Positions 8,102 to 18,034 of a DNA stretch of 64,000 nt are shown piece after piece. Numbering within the stretch: the first letter of the stretch is position 1; every line of letters begins with the position of its first letter. The notes below the pieces were generated by a model. The model worked only from the letters and a program-made list of their open reading frames with translations, searched no databases and was not told the DNA's origin. The translations under genes and the position numbers were made by a program. This stretch comes from Acidobacteriota bacterium (GTDB lineage: Bacteria > Acidobacteriota > UBA6911 > RPQK01 > JAJDTT01), in NCBI GenBank assembly GCA_965263035.1, contig OZ253580.1:3360001-3424000 (forward strand), read 5' to 3'.

Positions 8102-9637
8102 ATGCAATTGCCGCGGAAAACCAAATCCGGGATCATCCTGCTGGGATGCGTTCTCGCCGGCTGGGTCACGGCTGCGGCCGGATCCGAGCTGGACGTGGGG
8201 CAGAGCCGGCAACTGTTCATCGACGACTACATCATCGAGTCTTTGGACGGTGTCACCAAGACACTGAACCAGCCGGTCAAGTACGGGGCCAACCCGGTGC
8301 TGCCCATGGTTCCCGAGGGCGATCCGTCCTGGGAAGCGGGAATGCACTTCTGCTTCACCACCATCCTCTTCGACGAGGCGGACGGGCTCTACAAGATGTG
8401 GTACAGCCTCTGGGGGGAGAAAGACCAGTCGATGATTCTGGCCTACGCCCACAGCCGGGACGGAATTCGATGGGTGAAGCCCTCCCTCGGCATCGTCGAG
8501 CATCGGGGCAGCCGGGACAACAACATCATCATGGATCGGGACGGGCTGGAAACCGGCGTCTTCATCGATCCCCGCGAGACCGATCCTGCCAGACGGTTCA
8601 AGATGCTCTACCAGGGTATCCGGGCCGCCTATTCGGCGGACGGCCTCCATTGGACGGACTACAACGGCGGGGAAAAAGTCATCTTCCACGCGCCGGGGCA
8701 CGACAGCCAGCCGGTGCCCTACTGGGACGGCCGGCTGGGCAAGTACGTGGCCATCATCCGGGACCGCACCGGCATGATCAAAGAGGTGCGCAAGAAGATG
8801 GTCACCGATCCCTGGGCTCGCCGGGTCTACGCCCAGCTCTGGGGAGGGCTCAAGAAGGACCGGGTTCCCGAGAACCACAGCCTGCGCCGGGTCGGCCAGG
8901 TGGAGAGCGACGACTTCGTCCACTGGTCTCCCATGCGAACGGTGGTGGGGGCCGACGACCGGGACCCGATGCACCGGGACCAGTTCTACAACATGCAGGT
9001 CATGCTCCACGACGAGTTGCGGATCGGCTTGATGACCGTGTTCAGCTACGGTTACGAGCGTCCCCGGGGACCGGTCCAGTTGACCTACAGCCGCGACGGC
9101 CTGAACTGGCATCGAGGCGGCGGCCGGGAGGTCTTCCTGCCCACCTCCGAGCGGCCGGGCGACTTCGACTGGGGGTTCATCTGGCCGGTGCAGGGGCCGC
9201 TGGTCCGGGATGACGAGATCTGGATCTACTACGTGGGGTGGGGCGCCGACCACAATTCAGTGCCCCCGGACGGTTTTTCGGGGTTCAAGAGCGGCGTCGC
9301 GCTGTCGAAGTTGCGCCTGGACGGTTTCGTCTCCGTCGACGCCGGAGCCGGGGGAGGCGTCCTGACCACCAAGCCCTTCCGCTTTCGGGGAGGGGAACTG
9401 CTGATCAATGCCGATGCGGGGTCGGGCCGGGTCCAGGTCGAGATTCTCTCCGCGGACGGCAGTGCGCTGGAAAATTTCGGCAAGGATAATTGCGACGCTC
9501 TGGAATCGGACGCCGTCCGCCACCGGGTGACCTGGAACGGGCAGGGCAATCTGAAGGACCTGGAGGGCCAGCCGGTCCGACTGAAGTTCCATCTACGGAA
9601 CGCCAAGCTTTTCTCGTTCGGTTTTCGAGATCGATAG
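8102..9637 (+). CDS. Secreted five-bladed beta-propeller glycosidase-like protein (GH32/43/130-like fold)
   Basis: GAGGAG RBS before ATG 8102; RQLFIDD, YKMWY, AYAHSRDGIRW, SRDGLNW, LRLDGFVS; paralogue at 32209. Confidence 0.65.
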   Translation: MQLPRKTKSGIILLGCVLAGWVTAAAGSELDVGQSRQLFIDDYIIESLDGVTKTLNQPVKYGANPVLPMVPEGDPSWEAGMHFCFTTILFDEADGLYKMWYSLWGEKDQSMILAYAHSRDGIRWVKPSLGIVEHRGSRDNNIIMDRDGLETGVFIDPRETDPARRFKMLYQGIRAAYSADGLHWTDYNGGEKVIFHAPGHDSQPVPYWDGRLGKYVAIIRDRTGMIKEVRKKMVTDPWARRVYAQLWGGLKKDRVPENHSLRRVGQVESDDFVHWSPMRTVVGADDRDPMHRDQFYNMQVMLHDELRIGLMTVFSYGYERPRGPVQLTYSRDGLNWHRGGGREVFLPTSERPGDFDWGFIWPVQGPLVRDDEIWIYYVGWGADHNSVPPDGFSGFKSGVALSKLRLDGFVSVDAGAGGGVLTTKPFRFRGGELLINADAGSGRVQVEILSADGSALENFGKDNCDALESDAVRHRVTWNGQGNLKDLEGQPVRLKFHLRNAKLFSFGFRDR

Positions 9638-9651
9638 TGGAGGGTTGGACG

Positions 9652-10863
9652 ATGACACGGAAACTGGAATGGATTGGGGTCGTCGTTTTGGCGTGGGGCG
9701 CCTCCTGCGCTCCGACTGAATTCGCTCCCCGAGCGAAGGTCGAGATCGAGGCGGAGGTAATGGTGGACCCCGTAGAATCGGGACTGGAACGTTCCATGCT
9801 GGGCATGGTCACCCACCCGGACGGGAGCATCTACCTGAACACCCAAACCCAGCAGAGGCTCTACAAGAGCACCGATCAGGGGAGAAGCTGGACCCGGTTG
9901 CCGGTAAATCTTCCGGAGGCGCCTCCCGATCAGGTTCAACACGGACTCTTTGTCAGCCGCGATGGCCGTCTCTGGCTGATGCATCAGTCTCCTGGCGGCA
10001 AGGACCTGTTCGTCTCCGTCTCGAGCGACTCGGGGAGCACCTGGAAGACCACGTCCATCGAATTCGGACAGTTCTCACCGGGCGGATCCGAGGACCCCTA
10101 TGTCCTCTGCGCAAACGACTACAACACCTTCTTCCAGGAGGCGGACGGCACCGTGGTGCTGGGGGTGGGGCTGCGCTACGCGGACCATAGAGACTACCAG
10201 CAGGAGGACCGGTCGCGGCCGGGATTCCACGAGACTCTGATCCGTTCCCGAGACGAAGGAGCGAGCTGGGGCGATCCCACCGAAGTCCACCAGCACGTCG
10301 CCGAAACCGGCTACGCCGTGGACCCCGACGACTCGATGCGCGTCCTGGCCATGACGCGGATCCAGAGGCCTCCGTTTCCGGGAGAAGACGTGGCGGCGAT
10401 GTCGAAGCGTAGCGGAGCTCCTCCGGGGGCCACGGCCATCTACAAACAGGGAATACTCCTCGAATCCAGCGACGGCGGACGGACCTTCCAGGAGGTGCCG
10501 GGAAGCCTGAATGAATACTACGGGCACCGGGGGACCATCCTCTGGACCCCGGGCAACGTGGTCGTGATCACCCACCAGGGAGGGGTCCCTGGCAAGAGCG
10601 CCCCCGACGGCACGCTGCTGGCTCGGATCAGCCTGGACGGGGGACGGACCTGGTTGGACGGAACCGAGTCGGGAACACCCTCCATGGCCGACTCCACCCG
10701 CTTCCTGCTGGTGCCCCGTCCTCCCGGCCACTCCTATACGGCTCCGACGGTGGAACTGGAGCCGGACCACTTCCTGACCGTCTACAACACCCAGCATCCG
10801 GGCTGGGAGAGCCGGGCCGTCAACGGCGTCTTCTGGCGCCTGGTCCGGTCGTCGGCGAAATGA
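9652..10863 (+). CDS. BNR/Asp-box (sialidase-like) lipoprotein, divergent fourth paralogue
   Basis: GASC lipobox; STDQGRSW, SRDEGASW, SSDGGRTF, SLDGGRTW; shares WGDPTxVHQHxxETxYAVDP with copies A-C. Confidence 0.8.
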   Translation: MTRKLEWIGVVVLAWGASCAPTEFAPRAKVEIEAEVMVDPVESGLERSMLGMVTHPDGSIYLNTQTQQRLYKSTDQGRSWTRLPVNLPEAPPDQVQHGLFVSRDGRLWLMHQSPGGKDLFVSVSSDSGSTWKTTSIEFGQFSPGGSEDPYVLCANDYNTFFQEADGTVVLGVGLRYADHRDYQQEDRSRPGFHETLIRSRDEGASWGDPTEVHQHVAETGYAVDPDDSMRVLAMTRIQRPPFPGEDVAAMSKRSGAPPGATAIYKQGILLESSDGGRTFQEVPGSLNEYYGHRGTILWTPGNVVVITHQGGVPGKSAPDGTLLARISLDGGRTWLDGTESGTPSMADSTRFLLVPRPPGHSYTAPTVELEPDHFLTVYNTQHPGWESRAVNGVFWRLVRSSAK

Positions 10864-10890
10864 ACGGAGAACCGGGCAACGAGCCGTGAA

Positions 10891-13800
10891 CTAAGGCTTC
10901 TTCCCGACAGGCTCTTGCACCACAAGCAGGCGCCCGGCCGGGACGTTCTCCAGGATCTGTTCGGCGCCGCCGGGCCAGCGGATCTCCAGACGGTCTACGC
11001 GGGTCGAGTCGCCCAGGCCGAAGGTCAGACGGGGGTCGCTCTGGGAGAGGTAGCTGGAGCCGGTTCGTCGATAGCGCCGTTGGGTTGTGGAGCCTGTCTT
11101 CACCGTGACCAGCGTCCCCACACCGTCCCGGTTGGAGGTCTTTCCGACGAGCCGGATCTGGATCCAGTGGTTTCGGTTTCCCCCCTGGTTGCGTAGTAGA
11201 TGCGCCGGGCCTGCGTTTTCCGTCACGACCAGATCCAGGTCCCCGTCGTTGTCATAGTCGATGGCAGCGGCGCCGCGGCCGGCATAGGCTTGATCCAGAG
11301 CCGGACCCGCCTCCCCTCCCATGGGCAGGAAGCGACCGTCCGTCTGGTTGCGGAACAGGAGCGGCCGCTGCCGGTAGGTCAGCCGGGTCTGAACCGTCTC
11401 CACCAGGTCATCGATATGACCGTTGACCGCCAGCAGGTCCTGCCAGCCGTCCAGGTCATAGTCCAGGAAAAGGAGTCCGAAGCCCAGGGAGAATAGGCTG
11501 GGCTGTCCGATGCCGGCCGGGACGGCCTGATCGGTGAAGGCCAGGCCGCTGCTGAAGCGGTAATATCCGATCCCCTCGAAGGAGAAGTTGGTGACGGCCA
11601 CCGCCCCTCGGCCGTTGTTGTCGGCGTCGGCCACGTCGACTCCCATGCCGGCCCGGGCCTGGCCCGCTTCGGAGAAGCCGAACCCGCTGCGCGTCCCCAC
11701 CTCCTCGAAGCGGAACCCGCCCCGGTTCAGGTAGATCTTGTCGGGCTGGGTATCCTCGGCCACCACCAGATCCAGCAGTCCGTTCCCGTCGAAATCCCAA
11801 AGAGCCACTCCCAATGCCTTGCCCGACGGGTTGAACAGCCCCGACTCCGGGGTAACGTCCCGGAAACGCCCCTCGCCCAGGTTGCGAAAGAGGCGGGAGG
11901 TGTCGCCGGCAAAGATCTCGGGAGTGCAGTAGTGCTTGGCCCCGGGTCCGTAGCCGCACCACTGATCCTGGGAGGGGCTCCAGCGGACGTAGTTGGTCAC
12001 GAAGAGGTCGAGCTTGCCGTCGTTGTCCGCGTCCAGCCAGGCGGCGCTGGCCCCCCAGGAGGGATCTCCCACGCCGGCCTCAACCGTGACATTGGAAAAA
12101 GTCCCGTCGCCGTTGTTCCGGTAGAGCCGGTTCACACCCAAAATCGTCACGTAGAGGTCCGGAAAGCCGTCGTTGTCATAGTCTCCGGCAGCCGCCCCCA
12201 TGCCGTAGGCGTGAATTCCCAGTCCGGCCTCCCGGGTCACGTCGGCGAAGGTGCCGTCGCCCCGGTTGCGGTAGAGGACGGAGCCGACCCCCTCGGGCGT
12301 CCCGCCTTCCAGGCGCCACCCGTTGACGAAAAAGAGGTCCATCCACCCGTCCTGATCGAAGTCGAAGACCGCCAATCCCGATCCCATGGTCTCGGGCAGG
12401 TACCGCTTTCCCGTCTCCCCCTTGAAATGCCGGAAGCGAATGCCCGCCTCTTCGGTCACGTCGTCGAACCGGACGGGAGCGGGTTCGGCGTGAGCCAGGG
12501 CGGTCGCCGGCACCCTGAGCCACCCCAGGATGGGGGCTCTGGTTCTCACCCGGAATGCGGAGATCACACCGTACAATCCTTGCCGCAGCCATCCAAGGAG
12601 TCTGTTGCTCAGCAGTCCGTGGTGAAAGTCGCGCGAGCACCGAGACCGTTCCTGCGCCCGCCGGACAAGGCGCGATGAGGGAGCATACCGGGAGTATGTG
12701 ACCGAGTCGCAACGCACGGCAAAGGCAGGACGCAGGGACGGTCGAATGCCGTGACGACTTTTGCCACGGGCTGTCAGGCCGACCCTCTTTTCCTCGCCGA
12801 GTGCGGCGGACGGATCTCCTCGGCCCCGATCCCGGACGAAGACGTCGACGGTTCCATTGTCATCACGAGGCACCAGGTTGAAGGCCTCCGACTCGAAGGC
12901 CACAAAGCGGCCGCCGGAGCTGATGGTGGGATCCAGGCTCGGGCCGTTGGTTTCCCGGCCTCCTTCGGTCAGGCTGGCCCGGGTGGTCGTTCCCGTTTTC
13001 CGGTCGTGAACGAAGATGTCCAGTGATCCGTTGTTGTCGCCCTCCACCAGGTTGGACGCAAAGGAGTGAAAGGCGATCCACCGGCCGTCGGCGCTGATGG
13101 CGGGGATTCCGCTGCTCCCGTTGGCCTCCCGGCCCTGGCTGTCGACGCTGATCCGGGTGGTCCCCCCCGTCTGGCGGTCATGCACGAAGACGTCGATGTC
13201 CTGGTTGGTGTCTCCGTCCACCAGGTTGGACGCATACGAGCCGAAAGCGACAAAGCGGCCGTCGGCGCTGAGACTGGGTGCCGAGTTGCCACCGTTGGCT
13301 TGACGGCCCCGGCTGTCGACGCTGATCCGGGTGGTCCCCCCCGTCTGGTGGTCATGCACGAAGACGTCCGACACCCGGTTGGTGTCGTCGTCCACCAGGT
13401 TGGAGGCGAGCGACTCGAAGGCCACGTACCGGCCCATGCTGCCCATGCTGGACCCGGCGCTGGAGCCGTTGGCCTGCCGGCCTTGGCTGTCGACGCTCAC
13501 CCGGGTGGTCTCCAGAGTCTGCCGGTCGTGGACGAAAACGTCTGTGGATTCGTTGCTGTCTCCGGCCACGAGATTGGAGGCGAGCGACTCGAAGCCCACG
13601 AATCGTCCGCCGGAACTGGGGCAGGGAACACCGCTGGCGCTATTGCCCTGGGCGCCGTCAGCGGCCAGGCTGACCCGCGTGGTCTTCCCCGATTGCCGGT
13701 CGCGGACGAAAACGTCCAGTGCTCCGTTGGTGTCTCCGGGCACCAAGTTGGATGCCATGGACTCAAAGGCGACGAAGCGGCCGTGGGCGCTGATTCTTGG

Positions 13801-14133
13801 AAACTGACTCAGACTGTTGCCCTGATTCCCCGCGCCGTCGATGCTGGCCCGGGTGGTTTCCCCCGTCTGGCGGTCATGCACGAAGACGTCCGACACCCAG
13901 TTGGTGTCGCCGTCCACCAGGTTGGAGGCGGTCGAACTGTAGACGGCGAAGCGGCCGGAGGCGCTGATGTGAGCGTGTTGACTGGGACCGTTTCCCCGGT
14001 TGGGTCCGTGGACGCTGACTCGGGTGGTGGTCTGCGCGGAAAGATCGGGGGCCAGCAGGATCAGTGGGAAGAGCAGCGAGAGATTGGTGAAAACGCCTGC
14101 CGTTTTCCGTGAGCGCCGTCCCGGTCTTCTCAC
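10891..14133 (-). CDS. TolB/PD40-like repeat propeller fused to a CRTAC1/ASPIC-UnbV (FG-GAP) domain, with an in-frame MITE in the linker
   Basis: N-terminal ~58-aa repeats (SADGRFVAFxSxAxNLVxGDTN..DVFVHDR); C-terminal RFDDVT, ETMGSG, DYDNDG, SSYLSQSDPRLTFGLG. Confidence 0.8.
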   Translation of the reverse strand: MRRPGRRSRKTAGVFTNLSLLFPLILLAPDLSAQTTTRVSVHGPNRGNGPSQHAHISASGRFAVYSSTASNLVDGDTNWVSDVFVHDRQTGETTRASIDGAGNQGNSLSQFPRISAHGRFVAFESMASNLVPGDTNGALDVFVRDRQSGKTTRVSLAADGAQGNSASGVPCPSSGGRFVGFESLASNLVAGDSNESTDVFVHDRQTLETTRVSVDSQGRQANGSSAGSSMGSMGRYVAFESLASNLVDDDTNRVSDVFVHDHQTGGTTRISVDSRGRQANGGNSAPSLSADGRFVAFGSYASNLVDGDTNQDIDVFVHDRQTGGTTRISVDSQGREANGSSGIPAISADGRWIAFHSFASNLVEGDNNGSLDIFVHDRKTGTTTRASLTEGGRETNGPSLDPTISSGGRFVAFESEAFNLVPRDDNGTVDVFVRDRGRGDPSAALGEEKRVGLTARGKSRHGIRPSLRPAFAVRCDSVTYSRYAPSSRLVRRAQERSRCSRDFHHGLLSNRLLGWLRQGLYGVISAFRVRTRAPILGWLRVPATALAHAEPAPVRFDDVTEEAGIRFRHFKGETGKRYLPETMGSGLAVFDFDQDGWMDLFFVNGWRLEGGTPEGVGSVLYRNRGDGTFADVTREAGLGIHAYGMGAAAGDYDNDGFPDLYVTILGVNRLYRNNGDGTFSNVTVEAGVGDPSWGASAAWLDADNDGKLDLFVTNYVRWSPSQDQWCGYGPGAKHYCTPEIFAGDTSRLFRNLGEGRFRDVTPESGLFNPSGKALGVALWDFDGNGLLDLVVAEDTQPDKIYLNRGGFRFEEVGTRSGFGFSEAGQARAGMGVDVADADNNGRGAVAVTNFSFEGIGYYRFSSGLAFTDQAVPAGIGQPSLFSLGFGLLFLDYDLDGWQDLLAVNGHIDDLVETVQTRLTYRQRPLLFRNQTDGRFLPMGGEAGPALDQAYAGRGAAAIDYDNDGDLDLVVTENAGPAHLLRNQGGNRNHWIQIRLVGKTSNRDGVGTLVTVKTGSTTQRRYRRTGSSYLSQSDPRLTFGLGDSTRVDRLEIRWPGGAEQILENVPAGRLLVVQEPVGKKP
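12613..12773 (-). mobile_element. MITE copy 1 (161 bp, ~18-bp imperfect TIRs, TCAG target duplication)
   Basis: Ends CAGTCCGTGGTGAAAGTC / GACTTTTGCCACGGGCTG; TCAG at 12609-12612 and 12774-12777; second copy at 21237-21391. Confidence 0.85.
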
Positions 14134-14143
14134 GATTCCGCCA

Positions 14144-14614
14144 TCATCCGCCCCGACGGAGATTCCGGATCGATCGAGACTTCACCCTGTCGATGAACTG
14201 TTTCCAGACCGGATAGTCCGCAGGATTCCAAATCGAAGCGATATGTGCACGGGCGTCTTCCCAGGACCAGTCCAGGTCTTGCATGGCATGGAGAGCGTAG
14301 AAAGCGCTGACCCGGTAGTTTGCCGCGCAATGGATCAGAATCTTCTTGTCCCCGGCGTTCTCCATGACGCGTCTGAAGAGGCGGAAGTCCGCTTCCGCCG
14401 GGTTCCCGAAGTCTACTGGAATGTAATGGTATTCCAACCCCTGAGCCTCGATAATTTCACATTCGTTGGGGACCGCCACCTCGGATGAGTCCGGCAACAG
14501 GTTGACCACCGCATCGAATCCATCCGCCCTGAGACGGCGGAGGCGGTCTTCGGACACCGATCCGGCGGTCGCGATGCGCTCGCTGATCTCGTGGTAGTTG
14601 ACGGCGCCTTCCAT
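14144..14614 (-). CDS. Protein-tyrosine-phosphatase superfamily protein (DUF442/Blh-like)
   Basis: IATAG, AVVNL, HIPV-like YIPVDF, LIHCAANYRVS (CX5R-like P-loop). Confidence 0.8.
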   Translation of the reverse strand: MEGAVNYHEISERIATAGSVSEDRLRRLRADGFDAVVNLLPDSSEVAVPNECEIIEAQGLEYHYIPVDFGNPAEADFRLFRRVMENAGDKKILIHCAANYRVSAFYALHAMQDLDWSWEDARAHIASIWNPADYPVWKQFIDRVKSRSIRNLRRGG

Positions 14615-14864
14615 TCCCAGGGTTTCTCCTCAATTCGGATGCTGGTAGTCTCGAATCAGAGTCATTCCGACCGAGGAGCCTGCGCGGCAGAAATTGATCT
14701 ACTGCGAAAGCGGTAGAATCGGTCCATATTTCCTCGATTTCTCGGCGAATAGAACAACTATGCACCTCCAAATCGAGAAAATCTGGCCTCGATTCCCCAC
14801 TTTCTCGCTACGATCATTTCTACCGCGCAGACTCCGAGCCTGCAGAAAAGAAACGGAGCGTGAG

Positions 14865-17800
14865 ATGGAAGAGTGGAAGATCCTGGGTGTGGATCCGCTG
14901 CCGGTGGTGGGCCGCCCAGCCGCGGACCTGTCCCACCCCCATCGCTGGATCGAGGTGGAGACGGCGGACCCGGGGGTTCCGTTTCCGTCCGGACTGAGGC
15001 TCGAAACGACGGCGGGAGGCGTGACCCTGAGCTGTCCCGCCGAGCCCTGCCGGGAAGAAGGCAGGCTGTCGTTCCTGGCGGTGGCGAGGGACGTCTCCGG
15101 CACCGCCCGTGCATCGATCCGGCTGCTTGCCGGGGAACGGGTTCTGGCGACGGCCAAATTCGAGACCGGGCCGGTCCCCCTCTTCGAATATCACTTGATG
15201 CCTTCGTCCCATCTCTGTTTCGGATACTTTACCGGCCTTCCCGAGCACTGGGAGGCCTTTCGCTCCCTGCGCGACGCCGTCCGCCTGATCTCGGAGGATG
15301 ACAACTATACCTATAACGTAGAGTTCCTCTATGGACTCAAGAACCTGTTATGGAAGCGCCCGCAGTTGTTGGAGAGGGTGGAACGCTTCATCCGGGAGGG
15401 GAGGCTGGACATCAGCCCCACCTTCACGCCCAGTTACGCCGACTTCTATGAGGGCGAATCCTACATCCGCCAATTCGCCGAAAGCCAGTGGTGGCTCCGC
15501 CGCCGTCTGGGGGCGCAGGGCCGCGTGCTCTACTCCTGTGACAGTCCCGGGTTCGACCCGCAGATGCCTCAGATCCTGGACAAGTGCGGGATTTCCTTCT
15601 TCTGGCGCGGGCGCTACGGGGGCATCTATCCCCGGCCGGCGGGCAGTCCGTTGCTCGACGTCGAGGGCGCGGACGGCACCCTCCATCCCAGCTTCGTTCC
15701 GCAGGAGGGGGTCCTGGCCGGATACACGTCGCCCACCATCTCCGCCCTCTGGCGGACCGACGAACTGCTGGAGGGAAGTTTCGCCTCCCGGAGCCAGGTG
15801 GTGCGCCAGACGGCAGCCTCCATTCGTGCAGTGCTGGCGGCTTGGGGCGCCCCCTACGTCGGTCACGCCGCGGCCCGGGACCAGGCCGAATCCAGACGGG
15901 CCCTGATCGACCGCGTGGCGGCCTGGAACCGCAGCTTCGTCACCCCCCGGGCACGGTTCGATACCCTAAGCCGGTTCTCGGACCAGGTTGCCGCCGACTC
16001 CCGGGTCCGGCGGGACCGCCACCAGGGCTACCTGCCCCACTTCGCGCTCAACGCCCATGGGATGTATCCCATCATGGAGCAGTCCCATCGAGCAGGCTAT
16101 GCCCTGGCGGCGGCCGAGAAGGCCGCCGCTCTGGACTATTGCGTCACCGGCTCCCTCTATCCCCGGGATCTGCTGTCGGCGCTCTGGTCCGACCTGCTCT
16201 TCACCCAGCAGCACGAGCAGATCGGCTGGGCCGGCGACGAGACCATCCAGCACACCCGGGACGTGTTGAGGCGGGTCCAGGGAGCAGCCGACGACGTGGC
16301 GGTCTCGGCCGCTCACCGGATCGCCTCCAAGATCGCCTTCCGGCGGAAGGACACGGCCGTCGTGGTCTTCAACCTGATGAATTGGGAGCGCCGGGACGTG
16401 GTTCGACTGCCGCTTCCCGGCTCGGTCGACACCGACGGGCTGGTACTCACCGATTCCGCCGGTTCCCCGGTGCCTCACGAGCTGGGACCGGAGGGAACGC
16501 TGCGTTTCAGGGGCCGGGTCCCCGCAATGGGATATGAGACCTACTACCTGACCGGGAACGGCAAACCGGAAGAGACCGATTGTCCCCTCAAAACGGGTCG
16601 GTATTCCATCGAAAACGAGTTCTATCGGATCCGGATGAACCCGGCGACCGGTTTCTGCGAGAGCCTCTACGACAAGACGCTGGGAGTCGAGCTGGTGGAC
16701 GGCTCGGCTCCTTTCGGAGCAGGTGAGCTACTCGTCGAGGAGGACAGCGGCCGGAGCTGCATCGACTTCGATCCGAGCGGACGGGAGTATCGCAGCCGCG
16801 ATCATGGAGCGGCGGAAATCCGGGTGGAGGGGGGAGCCGTTTCGGCGAGCATCGAGGTGCGGCGCTCCCTCTTGACTCCGAAGGACGGCCCCGCCTTTTT
16901 CGGAGGCTACTGGAGCCAACGCTGCGTCCTCTACGCGGGCCTGCGGCGCGTGGACTTTTTCTTCCGCTGGCACTGGGACAACCGTCCGATGCACGGGTTG
17001 CGCTGGTTCCTTCCGCTGAACCTGGAAGACCCGGCGATCGCTTTCGACACGCTGTTCGCCACCCAGGAGCACGAACGGCACCTGACCGACCGGCTGGGAG
17101 CGGACGAGGTGTGGTTGGCCGGTGAGAAGGCAAAGGCCGACCGGGACGCCCGCATGACGGGGCGTTTCCTCAGCGTCCGGGACCGCCGGCGCGGCTTCTG
17201 CGTCACCGTCACTCCTCCCAAGAGCATGATGCGGTTCGACCGGGGAGTCCTCTGTGCCCAACTCTCCAGCAACGCCAGCATCTATGCGCCCACCTTCAAC
17301 TTCTTCCCGGGAGAACAGGAGGCTCAGCTTTCACTGACCTCCCACGCCGGGGACTGGAAGAGCAGTATGGACTGGCGGTTCGGGTGGGAGCACCTGGGGG
17401 GATGGAACCGTCTCTTGCCGATCGTTCCGGACCGCCGCTACGACATCCTGCCGGAGAAGGCGAGCCTGATGGCCGTGGGCCCGGACAACGTGGTGCTCTC
17501 GGCGTTGAAGCTGTCCCAGGAAGGAGAGGATCTGGTGGCCCGGGTTTACGAGGCGGAGGGCCGCCCGGTGAACATGACCTGCGAGCTCCTGGCTCCGTTC
17601 GTCACCTTCCGTCCTTACGAATTGGCCCTGCACCGGCGCGGAGGGGCGCCGTTGATCCCCCGCAAATTCGTTCCGCTGCCGGTGATCGAGGCCTGGGAGA
17701 CCAATCTTCTGGAGGACAACCTGAAACGGCTCGACCGGGAGGCGCCGGCCCGCGGGTTGCCCCTGTCCGCCGGTGAGATCAAGACCCTCAGGCTGGTCCT

Positions 17801-17948
17801 TCCCGAAGTCAGGCGCGGAGACGTGAGCGCGGAGTTGGGAGAGCGGACGGTCTACCGGCTCGAAAAGGCGTCTCCCGAACCGGAGGGCAGTGGAGGCGGG
17901 CCGGAAGAACCCATTACCGGCACCTCTCAATATCTGGGGGTCGGATAG
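14865..17948 (+). CDS. Glycoside hydrolase family 38-like (alpha-mannosidase fold)
   Basis: SHL..Y, EGESYIRQF, CDSPGFDPQMPQIL, QQHE, VVFNLMNWER, IENEFYRI, LSALKLS..LVARVYE; start placed at MEEWK. Confidence 0.75.
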   Translation: MEEWKILGVDPLPVVGRPAADLSHPHRWIEVETADPGVPFPSGLRLETTAGGVTLSCPAEPCREEGRLSFLAVARDVSGTARASIRLLAGERVLATAKFETGPVPLFEYHLMPSSHLCFGYFTGLPEHWEAFRSLRDAVRLISEDDNYTYNVEFLYGLKNLLWKRPQLLERVERFIREGRLDISPTFTPSYADFYEGESYIRQFAESQWWLRRRLGAQGRVLYSCDSPGFDPQMPQILDKCGISFFWRGRYGGIYPRPAGSPLLDVEGADGTLHPSFVPQEGVLAGYTSPTISALWRTDELLEGSFASRSQVVRQTAASIRAVLAAWGAPYVGHAAARDQAESRRALIDRVAAWNRSFVTPRARFDTLSRFSDQVAADSRVRRDRHQGYLPHFALNAHGMYPIMEQSHRAGYALAAAEKAAALDYCVTGSLYPRDLLSALWSDLLFTQQHEQIGWAGDETIQHTRDVLRRVQGAADDVAVSAAHRIASKIAFRRKDTAVVVFNLMNWERRDVVRLPLPGSVDTDGLVLTDSAGSPVPHELGPEGTLRFRGRVPAMGYETYYLTGNGKPEETDCPLKTGRYSIENEFYRIRMNPATGFCESLYDKTLGVELVDGSAPFGAGELLVEEDSGRSCIDFDPSGREYRSRDHGAAEIRVEGGAVSASIEVRRSLLTPKDGPAFFGGYWSQRCVLYAGLRRVDFFFRWHWDNRPMHGLRWFLPLNLEDPAIAFDTLFATQEHERHLTDRLGADEVWLAGEKAKADRDARMTGRFLSVRDRRRGFCVTVTPPKSMMRFDRGVLCAQLSSNASIYAPTFNFFPGEQEAQLSLTSHAGDWKSSMDWRFGWEHLGGWNRLLPIVPDRRYDILPEKASLMAVGPDNVVLSALKLSQEGEDLVARVYEAEGRPVNMTCELLAPFVTFRPYELALHRRGGAPLIPRKFVPLPVIEAWETNLLEDNLKRLDREAPARGLPLSAGEIKTLRLVLPEVRRGDVSAELGERTVYRLEKASPEPEGSGGGPEEPITGTSQYLGVG

Positions 17949-17950
17949 GC

Positions 17951-18004
17951 GGGAGCGGCGACTTTCTTGTCGCCGACTGGGAGCGGCGGCTTTCTTGCCG
18001 CCGA
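17951..18004 (+). repeat. Tandem pair of GGAG-type REP hairpins (28-bp period)
   Basis: GGGAG-CGGCGAC-TTTCTT-GTCGCCG then GGGAG-CGGCGGC-TTTCTT-GCCGCCG; compensatory A-T/G-C change in the stem. Confidence 0.8.
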
Positions 18005-18034
18005 ACTCCGGAGGAGTTGCGGGGTAAAACGACT

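Noticed and set aside
13130-13900. Regularly spaced repeats resembling an array
   Set aside because: The 174-bp period equals 58-aa propeller blades in a CDS; not CRISPR.
17951-18004. Possible mini-CRISPR
   Set aside because: Adjacent units with no spacer, no cas genes, and dispersed copies elsewhere; these are REPs.
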